Assembly: GCA_964016885.1 (NCBI GenBank) | Contig: OZ024743.1 | Location: 192,758,001-192,822,000 of the forward strand | DNA length: 64,000 bases | Source of the DNA: Eledone cirrhosa | Taxonomy: Eukaryota | Direction: 5' to 3' | Shown here: piece by piece, positions 13,501 through 27,510 of the stretch | Layout: every line of letters starts with the position of its first letter | How positions within the stretch are numbered: position 1 is the stretch's first letter | Notes under the pieces: model-generated | Database searches by the model: none | The model's input: the letters and a program-made list of their open reading frames with translations, nothing else | What the model was told of the DNA's origin: nothing | Position numbers and translations under genes: made by a program

Positions 13501-14847
13501 CGTAAGGATGAAAGGCAAAGAATGAAGCACGGAATCTTTATTACTTTTCTTCTCTAGAAGCTTTTATGAACAAAATATTAATAAGCACGCTTTATTACTT
13601 AATAATATATATTAAAGTGTCTCGAGTAGTGAAGTGACTTATTGTTTGAGCGTCGGCTATAGTACGTTGCGGTTTTTTCTTCGGCACTTTACGTTCTGAG
13701 TTCATATCCCGACGAGGTCAATCATACCTTTTCATTTGTCCTGGACCGATAAAATAAAGTACCGGTCAAATACTGGTTTAATATAAAGGACCCTCCCTCC
13801 TCCCGGATTACTGGCCTTGTGTCTATATTAAAAACCAGTATTAAGGAAGTCGCTAGAGCGTTTGGTATTTGTCTCTGCGCTATGAGTTTAAATCCGCTGA
13901 AGTCCACGGAGGCAATTTAGAAAGTGCCAGCTCAGTGCTACTGCAGTCCTTTTTCCTTCCAGTTGTCACATTAGGGGAAGGAGGGTCGAGAGAGTGTCTG
14001 TGTCTTAACAAAATAGTAATAAAGACAAATTGTAGTACTAATCTAAGGATCTTTTCAAAATGGTTTGAAAATTATAAGCAGTGTCTTTTGATTTGAAATA
14101 TAATAACGTAAGGGCTAAGTCGGTCAAGAGTGTAAAGTGTGTCCGTGACATATATACACATATATATACACATATATACACATACACAAGAACTGAACAC
14201 AAAAAAAATCCCACTGCCACTACCTCCGTCTCTCGCGCTCTCCGCATCTCTCACTATTATGAGCAAATGGGGGTCCATGTGCTAGCCGCCCCGTGGCCTC
14301 GGTAGACAGAATGAAGATGTTTCCCCGAGGATGGTGAGGGACACGCGGGGTAAAAAATCAATGCAGTCAGCCTATTAGATTCGTTAGCCTGTTTGATATT
14401 TGTCTCTGCGCTTCGAGTTCAAATTCCGCCGAGTTCCACGTTTTTTTGTTCATCCATTTAGGACAGTGCAGCCGCACCCACTTCCAGCAATTACATCTGG
14501 GATGTCCCGCTGGATCAAAAGGCGGATTGAGAGGGTGTCGGTTCACCACTTCATAAACATCCGAAAGCCGTAAAGAAAGCATGTTATTCGAGTGATGGAC
14601 TCAGCACTTAGCTGGAACTTCATTTCAACCATCTCGGAGGAATAAATGGCGTAGTTGACTACGGTGAGATTTGAACTCAGTACGTAAAGAGTCGTAATTA
14701 ATTTCTGTGAAGCTTTTGTCCAACACTCTACCGATTCTGTCAATCAACCCTTATATGAATAAATCAATAAAAAGAAAATCTATACTTTCCAGGCATATTT
14801 CCTTGACTTTCGAACGCACGTATATACACACGCGGGTGTGTATACGA

Positions 14848-14923
<76 letters not shown>

Positions 14924-14928
<5 letters not shown>

Positions 14929-14973
14929 ATGACCCCGACGGCAGAGCTCAAGCCGTTTCGACGGCTATTTCTG

Positions 14974-14978
<5 letters not shown>
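14924..14978 (-). mobile_element. Single arm of the same PLE family in (TA)n
   Basis: AAGTATGACCCCGACGGCAGAG...CTATTTCTGGACTA, matching the 5.1-kb variant. Confidence 0.85.
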
Positions 14979-15011
<33 letters not shown>

Positions 15012-17462
15012 TATATACATACATATATACATACATATATACATACATATATATATATATATATATACATATATGTATATATATTACATATATATATATA
15101 TACATAGATACATATATATACATATATATAGATACATATATATATACATACACATATATATATACATAATATACATACATATATATAGATACATATATAT
15201 ACATACACATATATATATATACATATATATAATTGTTTCTACTTTAGGCACAAGGCCAGCAATTACCCAGTGCATTACTGGTACTTTATTTTATCGACCC
15301 CGTAAGGATGAAAGGCAAAGTCAGCTATACATATATACATATATACATACATGGATAGCACTCGACGTCATAAATTGGTCACATGGTACACGACGTCATG
15401 TTCATGGCCTTTAGCTCGATTGTGTCGTACGGCGTGTCTTGATTAATTTAAACCTGGCAGAACTCATCCCGCTCCGGCCATTTTCTTCAAGGAGGGAGAG
15501 GGGGAGAGAGAGAGAGAAAGAGAGGGAGAAGGAAAGGTAAGAAAGAAAAAGAGTTGATCTCATTATTCATATTTTATTTATCGAGCTCGAAAGGATGAAT
15601 TGTGAAGTTTACCTCAGCGAGATTTGAACTCAGAGCACCAAGTGCCGTTTACTATCTGACGTTCTAACAACTCTGCTCATTTGTCGCCTATGACGTCACG
15701 CACCTGTAATCAATTCACATATATAAGAAGGATTTATCTTAAAGTTCACGTGGCCTCAAGTAAAAATTAATTGGTTTTTCTTATTTTAGAATTAGGGTAG
15801 AGCGAGGTATGAATGATGTTGCAGAGCATTGATTGTGTGGCCCTGGGAAACTCAAGAAAGACAAAGGAAGAGAAGGGGCTGGTAGGGTTGGAAGGTAAGG
15901 ATTTGTGAGAAGAAAGCGGTAAAAAATATATATTAAACGCTACTCATAAAACTCTCAATAAATGCTTAAATAATCTTTTTTTTTTAATTAAAATTAATTT
16001 TCCGTGTATAATGATGATCATAATCATAATCAGCAGTGTTTCCATGTTTGTACTGGTTGGACGGGTCCTTTCCAGCACAGCCTGCTTCAATTCGTCATCT
16101 CTTTGCATTTTGAGATCAGCCCTAACCACTTCTGCCCAGGTTTTCCTCGGTCTCCCTCTGCTGCAGCTTCCTTCCACTAGCATCTCTTGTCAATTATTCA
16201 CCAAGAGATCATCATTCGGGAACATTTGATAAAGAGTTTTACCGTAAGGCAGAGGTGACAGCACATTAACCCATCAGTTTTTCCTCTGTCCAGAATTTCA
16301 ATGTATTGTTAGTACTCTCTCATTTGTTTCTTCATCTCAAATTATATTACAAGATAGTCCTGTTGTTTTCCAAGCAGCTATCATAGGAAAGACAGTGTTG
16401 TAAGCCATTCCAGCCCTTATAGATGGTAGGTGTTTCTTTTTTTACTTTTATATTTCTTTGTTTTTTCAGAGACGTCAGCATGATAGATTATCTAAAAAAA
16501 AAATAATGGGCTCTTATGGAGTCGTAGGGCTGTCGTCCTGACACACATCTTTGGAATTATAAACTTGGTAGAGTCTTTCCTTCTCTATGTCGGAACGTAG
16601 GGGTGCCATCCTGGCACACATCTTGGGCATTATAAACTTGGTAGAGTCTTTCCTCTAAAGAGAGAGAGTGGGGATCACGAATTAGAACCCCAACACCTCG
16701 AAAAGATGAAAAACGAGTTGGCTTAGGTTGGATTTGAACTCAAAACTCATTTGCCAGAATAAATATTGTGATATTTATAAATCATTAAACATTTTTGCCG
16801 CATAGCAGCGTTGTAGAAATATACAAAGCGGTGGAGATGGTTGTATAGTGGTCTGTAACATGGGAGTGGACGGTGCAATAGAAAACGCAGGCTTAGTAAT
16901 GTTCTTAGTGTGCCCAAACAAAGACGTGTCAAAAACTAGGTTTGTCAGCTTACCTAATTGTAACTTATGAATATTATATTTGGGAGAATGGGTGTATAAC
17001 TGGAAGAAGGGTCACATATTGTAGAAATAGCTTAGGGTACAAAGCACTCAGGCGCCGTCCTTGTATATGTGTGTATTATAAAGAGTGAGGGGGCAGGAGG
17101 AGAGAGAGGGGGTGCAGGAAAAGGAAAGAGATGGGGATAGGAGAAGGAGAGAGTGGGCGTGTATGTGTTGCAACAACTGGTATACGCAATGCTGAATGTT
17201 CTTACCTAAGCATATTTCCTTTCAAAACCAATTAAAGATGTTTTGGTAAATAACTAAGTCTTCCTTACATCAGATAGAAGCTGCATCTATCTCTCTTTCT
17301 CTCTCGTGTGTGTGTGTGTGTACATACGTTAATTTCTCGTGTTTCAAAATTATGCGGAAATTAAGAAATACGATGAAAAAGTATTTTGTAGTAATATGTG
17401 TAAGAAAAAATACTTTTCCGAGAAATAAAAAAAAAGAAACAAGGAAATTTTGTAATGGACAG

Positions 17463-17606
17463 GTATGGCTGAGGGGTTAAGAAGTTCGTTTTGCAACCAC
17501 GTGATTTCGTGTTCACGCCCACTGTGTGGCATTTTAGTGTATTCTACTGTAGCCTCGAACTGCCCAATACCTTATGAATGAAATTTGGTAGACTGAAACT
17601 GTCGTG
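17463..17606 (+). mobile_element. tRNA-derived SINE family 3 (other copies ~2435, 12555, 20746, 29518, 40635, 41655)
   Basis: TGGCTGAG.GGTTAAGAAG...GGTTC...CTTGGGCAAG...TAGCCTCG...TTTGGTAGAC.GAAACTG, often ending in TG repeats. Confidence 0.7.
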
Positions 17607-17616
17607 TACATATATA

Positions 17617-17706
17617 TTACTGGTTCCTATTACCCACTCTACTACCCCAAGTATTGAGTACTTTGGTGCGTTATGGTCCACCTGGTTCCTTACCACATTT
17701 CCTTCG

Positions 17707-17708
<2 letters not shown>
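17617..17708 (+). mobile_element. Solo 3' tail of the same PLE family
   Basis: Near-identical to 53792-53883; TA flanks. Confidence 0.85.
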
Positions 17709-17746
<38 letters not shown>

Positions 17747-18282
17747 GGAACAAAGAATCAGTATTGCCTCATATACATATTTAATTTCATATTACATATG
17801 TTTCAATGCCAAGGAACAATCGAATAATATTCGATCCTGACTCTGGAATCGGGAGCTCCTCAGATATGTGTTCTCACATGTAGAAGCACGTCCAAATACA
17901 TATATATATAAAAAAATATTGGCACCGCATAATTTGTTTGTATAGACTCATACCTCCTGGTGGAGTCGTAGGGGGGGGGGGGGCGTAGTAACATACGGCA
18001 TGTCTTTGTCTTGGGCATTTTAAACCTGACAGAGCCCATCCCTCATTAGGTTTTGGGACCAATTTCTTCAAGTGAGAATGATAGAAAGGAAGTGAGTAAG
18101 AGATACAGATGAAGAATCAACTCCAGTACTGGATTAATTTTTTTTTTTTTTTTTTAACTCGAAAGGATGAAATGCAAAGTTGACCTTGTCGGAATTTGAG
18201 CGCAGAGGGCCAGGACAAAGCATTTCATCCGACGTTCTAACAACTCTGCCAATTCAACCACGTACACGTTAATTCACAAGTT

Positions 18283-18449
18283 CAGACCTGTCAACTATCC
18301 CCGTCTGTGGGTGAGAGATGTCTTCTTTTGTGAAAACGGGTATAGCTTTCATTATGTAAAATCTACCCATTCTGCCTCATTTCTCCCCGTTTTGGGGCAC
18401 TCTTTTTCATGGTACTCCCCGTTTGGGTGTTTAGAGGTTGGCAGGTCTG
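18283..18449. mobile_element. MITE with CAGACCTG(T/C)CAAC TIRs; second copy at 20840-21036
   Basis: TIR pair, shared internal sequence, and imperfect 6-7 bp flanking duplications. Confidence 0.75.
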
Positions 18450-20009
18450 CGAGTTGGACGTTATGTTGAACGAACGATTGAATGCTCATCATCGACCCCA
18501 ATAGGGAATCAATCATCATCATTTTCCAAAAGATGCGGCTGCAAGGAAGATGACTGAGTAGGGATAATTATGTGATGAAAATAGCATCATGCTTGCAACG
18601 AAATTAGAAATGCCAGGATTAAGTTAAGCCAAAAAATATTTTGGAAGAGTTAAGTAGATAAGGTTTTAGAAAATTCAGCCTCGTTGAGGAAATTACACAA
18701 AAGTAGTGTCGGGTGGATAGAAGCTGTTATTCAAAACTCGTCCACAGCATACCAACAAGAAAAGAGAGAAAAAAATATATTATCCCTGTAGTAATGGAGA
18801 TGTTGACGATGAAAATGATGATGTTTGTGAAGGATGTGATGATTGTCTTATTCAGTAATAAGCTTAGTCAGCCCTGCCCAATCGAACTCAAAGGAACGAT
18901 TCTGAAGACCAACAGGAGGGAATAACATCATGCTTTGAAACGATCTAAGCCTACTCTCACATTTTGCCATGCATTGGTTTGGTAGTGTGGAGTATCTAAG
19001 GCTCTCTTCGGCCATGACCGACCATGTGTTTGAACTTGGAAGGATCTTCTCCAAGTTACAGGTTTGGGCAAGTTTTTTTTAGTGTGTGGAAGACAAGTAA
19101 TACCCATACATGCTAGGCTCCTCTTTACATATCACCTATGTTGTCCAAGGTAAAGAAGGCAAACGCCAATAGTGTTTGGCACCAGTGACGTCGCAGGTGA
19201 AATCAGAACACAAAAGGCTAAAAGAGATACCACAAGGCATCACCTCGGACGCGCTAACAATTTCGTCAATCCAACATCCTGAAATGATACTTTATTTATC
19301 GACCCCAAAACGTTGAACGGCAAAGTTGTCTGCGAAGAGATTTGAAGTCAGAATGCAGAGAACTGGAACAAATACTGCGAAGCATTTAAATCCAACAATC
19401 GAACGACTTTGCCAATTAACGCGGAGTATCATTGTAATAAATAGAGCATGTTCTATCCAGCCTGCTTTTAGTATTTTGATCACCTTAGTAGACTCCCCGG
19501 TGGGGCACTTTTAAATGTTGACAAACCGGCTCAGAGGTCAAATTCAAATGAGGATTCTGTTGTTTTTTGTACTAGCTATGTATGTATGTATGTATGTATG
19601 TATGTATGTATGTATGTATGTATGTATGTATGTATGTATGTATGTATGTATGTATGTATGTATGTATGTATGTGTGGATGTATGTAAGTATATATGTATA
19701 TAGGCGCATGGCTTGCTGGTTTTCGGCTGACGATCACAACATCGTGAATTCGATTCCAGGCCGCAGATTGTGCCTTTGAGCAAGATATCTTGTTCAATTG
19801 CCCCAGTCCATTGAACTGGCAAAAATAAGTTGCACATGATATTCAAATGGCCAGCCTCGTCACACATTGTCACGCTGAATCACCCCCGGAACTACATTAA
19901 AAGTACAAATGTCTGTGGAATGCTCATCCACTTACACGTTAATTTCACGAGTAGGCTGTCCCGATATTCGAAAAACCGAAAAACTCATCGTCGGAAGCGA
20001 CGGGGGCTA

Positions 20010-20654
20010 ATGGAAAAAAAGCCTCAGCAAAATCCTAAGAAGCGTTTCAAAGACAGTGTCAAAGACTGGCTGTCGCAATTCGATCTGGACCTTCACAACT
20101 GGGAAGTACAGGCAGATGATAGAAACAAGTGGAGCAAACAAATATACGAAGGATGTCGCTCATTTCATGCAAAGTCAATAAGCTTGGAAAAGACCAAAAG
20201 AGCTGCCCGCAAGGGAGAGGAAGTAGACCCAGCTGCTCCTCGGTTTGTTTGCCATGAGTGCAGTTGAATATGTTTCTCAAACGCAGGGCTCCAAAGCCAC
20301 TTCAGGAGTCACATAGACAACCCGCTAACAGATTATGTTCAATTTGTTATGGCAGAACCTCTTACCTGTGATGTATGCAGTAAAGTTTGAAAGAGCCGCT
20401 CCGGAGTCACGAGACATTTGAAAACCTATAATGATCTTCCATCTGAGAGGCTTAACCGTCAGGCCGAAAACACAGATTTAGTTTGTAGTCTTTGAAGCAT
20501 ACTCTGTAAGTCTTTCTCGCCGGCTTCGTAAGTCTCTCTCGCCGACTTCATAAGTCACTGCTGATCTCATGACCATAGGGACAATCAGGTATAAGCCAAC
20601 CTGTCAGCGATGGCCATACTCATCTAACGAGTAGACAGCCATCATGTATGTATG
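20010..20654 (+). mobile_element. RTE-clade LINE 3' fragment with C-terminal C2H2 zinc fingers
   Basis: PKKRFKDSVK...WE..A.DR.KW pattern; CHECS/CDVCSK fingers with stops; 3' end GGCCATACTC...GAGTAGACAGCCATCATGTATG. Confidence 0.8.
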
Positions 20655-22049
20655 CACGATTTGGAGGAATAAAACATTATACTAGGAGCATGCTCCCGTC
20701 ACGTACGGTGGAGAAAGTGATGGCAGCGTGTGTTTGTAGATGCAGCATGGCTGAATGGTTGAAAAGTTTGCTGGTAATCTTAATGCCTCCTGTTTAATCC
20801 CGCTGTGCTGCATCTTGGGTAAATATCATTTACTGTAGCCAAACCTGTCAATTATTCCCGACCGACGGGGGAGATCTCCCACCCACTTTGGGGTGGGTGA
20901 GAGATATCTTCTCTTGTTAAAATGGGTATAGCTTTCATTATGTAAAATATCCCCATTTTTGCCTCATTTCTCCTCGTTTGGGGGCACTTTTTTTCATGGT
21001 ACTCTTCGTTTGGGATTTTAGAAGTTGGCAGGTCTGCCGTAGCTGAGATCGAACTAAGCCTTGTGAGGGAAATTCGGAAGAGGGAAATTGTTTAGAAGCC
21101 AGTCTGTAAGATGAAACTTGCCTGTAATTCCAAAGATCAGCTTCGTTTCACATTGTGATGCACTGAATCTCCTTGAAAATTACGTTATGGGTACAAGCAT
21201 TCTGTGGAATGCTGAGTCACTTGCACGTTAATATCACGATCAGGTAGTTTCCGTTGATCGAACAAACTGCTGGAGATCCATTTCAGTTCATGAGTTTGTT
21301 TTGTATATGCGTGCTCGCCGATTTATGTGAGCATGTGTGTGTGTGTGTGTGTGTGTGCGCACGCATGTGTGTGTGCGCACGCATGCGTGTGAGAGTGCAG
21401 TGCTGATAATAATATGTCAGTGCTACGGAGGAAAATATATGCGTAAAACGAAATATCCTCACATTCACAGACAAGTGTTGTAAATCGAGGGAAGAAAGAA
21501 ATATATCACCTTATAGACAATTTTGACGGAAGGAGAACGTTTAGTTGCTTCCTTGCCATAGCAACTAGTTGCATCGCACATCTTTAAAAACAAAATAAAA
21601 TGGCAGAAAAAAAATCAACCTATAATAAGAATAACAATAATAATAATAATAATGATTTCTACAATGGGCACAAGGCCAGCAATTTAGTGGAGGGGAAAGT
21701 CGATTAAATCGACCCCAGTGCATTACTGGTGCTTTATTTTATCGACCCCGTAAGGATGAAAGGCAACGCTAACCTTGGTGGGATTTGAACTCAGAACGTA
21801 AAGGGTCATAACTCTATGCTGCAAAGCATGGTGTCTGACGCTTTACCGACTGCCAAAATAATAATATAATAACGCGCAAAGAAAAAGCAAAAATGAGTAG
21901 GTGTTAAACAATTTCGAACATTTCTGAAACTACATAAAACACCCGTCATTGAGCGTAGTCTCCTCACTTCCTAAATAATTCAGCTGCCAACCTGCTTCGC
22001 TCATCTCACGTTTACATCGTAATGATAACGAATAGTCGGGTTGGGTGAT

Positions 22050-22086
<37 letters not shown>

Positions 22087-23600
22087 GGAGAGGGGGGAGG
22101 GGGTGTTGTGCGTGCTGTAATCTTGATCACTGATTCACTCTTTCTCAGTTCAAATCCCACCGGTATCGAAATCGACTTTCCATTCCACGAATCAAATACA
22201 TAATACACAAGGTCTAGTGTATTAGTAGTTGGAGGCGTGTGGCTTAATGGTTAAGATGTTGGGCTAATGATCGCTATATCGTGAGTTCGATTCTCGGAAC
22301 GATTGGTACGTAGTGTTGCGTGGCAAACCACTGTATCTTACGTTGTTCCAGTCCACTTAGCTGGAAATAAATATCGCGACAACACAGGTGCTAAGCTATA
22401 TCTGCTTTTTTTTTTTAACCTTTGCCTTGGGTGACATCGGTGGCGACTGTTCATATATCACAAAACACCTTGTTCAGGGTTGCGCCATGAAGCGGAACTT
22501 TCCAAATTCAAATCTATGGTCAATCATGCCCGATAGGAGCAAGATGGCTATTAAGGCACTAGCAGTACTTTTTACAGGTATTATTGAGAGAGTCTGTACA
22601 TGAAACAACAAACACAAGACGCTACAAATATTAAATTATAGTAACCTCAATACAGTAACCAACACCATCACCACCATCACTACAACTACCACCACCACCA
22701 CCACTACTACTACTATTTCACCTGCAAAGAAATTACTTTCTCGCATTGCATAGCACAATATAACCAGTTATCATTGACCTGAAAAACCGCATACATTTAG
22801 TATTATTAACAACTCGGTGGGATTTGAACTAAGAACGTAAAGGGCCGCTGTAATACCCTAAAGCATTTGGTCAGGAGGAACGGTAGAATTGTTAGAGTTG
22901 GGCAGAATGCTTTATGGTATTTAGTTACAGTTCTTTATGTTCTGCGTTCAAAACCCGTCAATTTTGCCTTTCAGCCTTCTGGGTCGATAAAACACCAGTC
23001 AAGTACTAGAGTTAAATTAATCGACTTATCACCTTTACCGAAAATTGCTGGCCTTGTGCCTAATTTTTTTAGGTATAGACCTGTAGCTCCTGATAGAGTC
23101 GTAGAGGCGCTAAACAAGAGCAACAACAGCAGTAACAAGAATATCAACAACAGAAGCAACTACATCAAAACAACAACTGCAACATTAATTACAAGAGCAA
23201 CAACAACAACAACAACAACAAAAGTAAGAACAGTAGAAACAGCAACAACATTATCGAAGCAACAGCAGTGTGTTGCCAGTCTATATTTGGAACGGCATGG
23301 AAAGAAGATTATTATCATTATTTGTGTAATAGAAATAATTTCCCAGGCAAAAACAATTTGTTTATTTTTAACCCAAATGAAGTTTGAGAGAAAAAAATAT
23401 AGACACATTTTAATCTTGTCCACGGGTCACAGGTGGGTAGGTCGGTAGATAAAATAACAGTAATATAGATATTACTAGAGAAATAGTGCAGGCGTATGTG
23501 AGTGTATGAGTGTGTGTGTGTGTGCGTGTGCTATCTACATGTGTAAATTTGTAATATGCATATATCTCTTTGTAGTGTGTCTAATATGCCTGCGTGCATA

Positions 23601-23648
<48 letters not shown>

Positions 23649-23697
23649 TATATATATATATACACACACAGTATATATATATATACACACACACACA

Positions 23698-23758
<61 letters not shown>

Positions 23759-23765
<7 letters not shown>

Positions 23766-24288
23766 AAGTTAAATAAAAGTCAAATGATTAAAATTTAGCT
23801 TCGTTTATTACTGCTATATATATTTCAGTGACAGCCATCTTTGGCTGTGACCTCTTCAGGCAGTTTGAATTAGTATGGTATAGACAAGTACATATGTTGT
23901 TTAGGTGTATGATATTGTCAATACTCTGATATGCCCAGTTCCTTGTTGGGTTGTTAATTCACTGGGGAACTGGACTCCAGTTCCCCCAGTGAATTAACAA
24001 CCCAACAAGGAACTGGGCATATCAGAGTATTGACAATATCATACACCTAAACAACATATGTACTTGTCTATACCATACTAATTCAAACTGCCTGAAGAGG
24101 TCACAGCCAAAGATGGCTGTCACTGAAATATATATAGCAGTAATAAACGAAGCTAAATTTTAATCATTTGACTTTTATTTAACTTTATTTTACACTACTC
24201 CGGAGTAACCAAACCAACCTGCGCACTTCGTCGAGTGCTCCAGCCTGCATACTGAGGTGTTGGTATACAACCAACATAAACTCAAAAT
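23759..24288 (+). mobile_element. Long fold-back PLE remnant, family C
   Basis: ~216-bp near-perfect palindrome arms centred at 23975; unpaired tail 24193-24288; hammerhead in the arms; (TA)n flanks. Confidence 0.82.
24087..24141 (+). ncRNA. Minimal type I hammerhead ribozyme (mirror copy on - strand at 23810-23864)
   Basis: ACTGC-CTGAAGA-GGTCACAGCCA(AAGA)TGGCTGTCACT-GAAA-TATATA-TA-GCAGT. The palindromic mini stem III is typical of PLE dimeric hammerheads. Confidence 0.8.
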
Positions 24289-24987
24289 CTATATATATAT
24301 ATATATATATACAACAGTATATATATATATATATAAACTGCATAATACGTTGAATGCAGTCTAATGACGTCTGTTGCTCCCTTGCCAGTGTGCAGACTGG
24401 TTGTTGATATGCAGGGAGGTTTGGGGTATAGTTTTAAAGGTATGTGTCTGTTGACTGGGGTTTAATTGAGGTTATTGAATTGCATTTGCTTGAGTTCCAG
24501 GATACCATTGATTTGGTGCAGATTTGCTTTCAAGATGAGGCGATTGACAGTCATTATTAGATGGATTGGCAGTATCGGTAGAGGGTCGGACGCCATGCTT
24601 TCCAGCATAGTTACGTCCCTTTACGATCTGAGTTCAAATCCCGCCGAGGTTGACTTTGCCTTTCATCCTTACGGGGGTCGATAAAATAAAGTACCAGTAA
24701 TGCACTGGGTAATTGCTGGCCTTGTGCCTAAAGTAGAAACAATTATTAGATGGATTGGCAGTATCGGTAGCGGGTCGGACGCCATGCTTTGCAGCATAGA
24801 GTTACAGCCCTTTATGATCTGCGTTCAAATCTCACTGAGGTTAACTTTGCCTTTCATCCTTACGGGGTCGATAAAATATAGTACCAGTCACGCACTGGGG
24901 TCGATTTAATCGACTTCCTCCTCCCCCAAAATTGCTGGCCTTGTGTCAAAAGTAGAAACAATTATCATACTGTGTATATATATTTAT

Positions 24988-25020
<33 letters not shown>

Positions 25021-25177
25021 AATTAATATGTATGTGATGAAACACAGATACCAACACATCTGTATATATATTGCGAAAGAAAAATTTAGCCAGATTGAAG
25101 TATACTAATTATACTATATATAGTATACTAAGTATACTATATATATATATATTCTGCGTTCACAGATTGATTCTTTT

Positions 25178-25228
25178 AGTTTCAGAAGATCCCGTTAAGG
25201 GTGAAAGCAGCGATTCTTTGCTTAAACT
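25178..25228 (+). ncRNA. Degenerate hammerhead motif in a (TA)n-flanked remnant (~25152-25350)
   Basis: AGTTT-CAGAAGA-TCCC(GTTAA)GGGT-GAAA-GCA...TGC-TT-AAACT; core position U4 mutated. Confidence 0.5.
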
Positions 25229-26699
25229 TTAATCTGTTATTTTAATAAATATTTGCTCTACAGTTCTTATATATTTGATATATATTTATCCTTATCGAGC
25301 CCTCTTTGGATTTTAGTCTTCAAATTTATTATTATTACTATTATTACTATATATATATATATATATAGTAATGACAAGACGAACGCAGAGATGCAAGTGG
25401 TGATTCGACAGACCTACTTATGATTAAAGGCATTCCAGCCGTGATCATCCTGTCTGTTTTTCTAGGACAACATTATCCAATATGTTCTCCCCTTTTTAAA
25501 CAGTAGGGTATTTTTAGAATAAGGGGTGAATATGGTTACCATTTCTCGCGACCACGTAGGTGCTCTATTGTATGTGTGTGTGTTTGTAGTATGTGAGTGT
25601 AGTAGCGTGTGTGTGTTTGTAGTGTGTTTTGCAGTGTGCATTTTTCTACAAAGGTATTTGTGTGTGTGCGTGTGCCTTTGTGTGTGTCTGTGTGTATGTG
25701 CCTGTATGGCGTGGGACTGTGTGTGTGTCTCTATGTGTGCGTGTGCGTGCACATTATTCCTCTGCCCTTCATTTGCATAATCAGTGGGTTTTTTCACTAA
25801 GTTCATGAAATCCAGGTTTCCTGTATTTCAATTAAGACCACCTGCGATGTGATATACAGAACCAAATCTCCCAAGAGCATGAGTACAAACGAGACATATT
25901 AACTAGCTAGGGAATCTGCAGGATTATTATTCCCTTGATTAACTTCTTCGGGTTTTACTTGAAGAGGCAAATGAGGGAGGGTGGAGAGGGAAGTGCTGCC
26001 TTCAAAGCAATTTATTGAAAGGTGAGTGAGAGAGGCGAGAATGGCCCGAGTGAATGGGCCTGCTCTGAATGTGTGCCTGTAGATTGAGGGAGGACACCTG
26101 AGAAAGGACACTTTCCCTGACGGTAGGAGTGGCTGTGGCTTTTGTGGGCTTTCTCCACGAGTAACCTTTGAAAGTCTCCCCCTTTTGGGGGAATTTTCTT
26201 TTGTTTCTTTTTTTTTTTTGTTACATCCTTTGTTTTTGTTTTATACTCATTTTTACACACAGAAACACTGTTAAGGGAGGTGTCATCGCGGTAAAAAAAT
26301 TATTTCAACACATCATTTAAAAAAAAAAAAAATAATGGATACCGCGTCTAAAAAGAGACGGGGAGATAATGCATCGCAAAGAGGTAGCGAGAGCTCTTCA
26401 ACACCTAAAACACAAATGTTGATGGATGTCAGCAACGAAATCGTATTGTTACTTTAAACAATATGGTTCCAGACATCAAAGAAAGCTTTTCAAACTTGGA
26501 CTACAACAAGGACAGTAGCAACATTATCAACAGCAACATAAACAACAGCAACAACATAAACAACAGCAATGATAACAAAAAGAAGGAAAACAACGATGGT
26601 GACCATACAGCATTAACAACGACAACAACAACAACAGCAATAACAAAAATGCCAGCACTAGCGGTAAGATATCTTTCGCTAGTGCTACGAAATCCTTCT

Positions 26700-27510
26700 A
26701 AAGTGTAACTTATTCTGGGGAATAAATACAACAGGCGAGACGGCTGGTGGAAAAGCTGGCTCTATTGTCAGCCACAACACTCTTGTTGACACCATCCAAA
26801 ATACCGTCCGTCGCACGGTGATGTACCGTATTATTGGTTTAAAAACAAGGAAGGCTGAAATACAAAAAGCTTTAGGCTCCATGTGGAACCTAAAATTTTA
26901 CCTCCAATGGGGCAGGGGTTTGGTATGGTGGAGGTGGGATTTGCGACAGAAGAGTAAGCAAGATTTCTCTCCTTAAAACCTCTAAAAGTGAAAAGATTCT
27001 GCTAGTCCCTTACTAGTGCGGATAGAGACTAACATGAATCCGTTTCCAGCAGATACCGCCCGAAATAGCTATTCCTTAGCCAATTGCTGTAGTCACAATA
27101 GACATCGAGGAAAACTAAAAAATCCTCGAAGTTTACCAGACTAAAAAAGAGAACTGATCATGATGTTGATTGAAATCCTCATCCAAACCAGTAAAAAGAA
27201 TGTGGATGGCATTCCGGAACAAATCCATCTCCCAGGTGGCATCATCCTACTCATTAGAGAAATGAAGGCCAGGTGTCACATTTGTCTTTCGACAAATCAC
27301 CTAAGAGCCTTCTGCCAATCACTGAAGGGGAAAAAGAGGAAACCCTTTCTCCCACTAACACCACAAGAATTCACAAACAATCATCAACACCCAACAACAA
27401 CATCCACAGCACACCCAATGTCCCCCACATCAACGAAAGACTCCTCCAGTCTCCAACCAATTCGAATGGAAGACATGACACTCCCCGAGAAGACTATGAT
27501 GAGTTCATAA
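26700..27510 (+). pseudogene. Decayed gag-like ORF1 of a LINE
   Basis: CCHC zinc knuckle CHICLSTNHLRAFC at ~27274-27315 within fragmented reading frames. Confidence 0.55.

Noticed and set aside
14285-14352. GC-rich hairpin as a possible ribozyme
   Set aside because: GAAAC...GTC is present on the minus strand but there is no CUGANGA; no HDV-type pseudoknot could be built.
15363-15698. Cluster of CRE-like GACGTCA motifs as a promoter or enhancer
   Set aside because: Short motifs with no supporting transcription start or exon evidence.
17212-17283. Candidate minus-strand exon with GGTAAG donor
   Set aside because: No polypyrimidine tract at the acceptor, a stop in the frame examined, and no recognisable homology.
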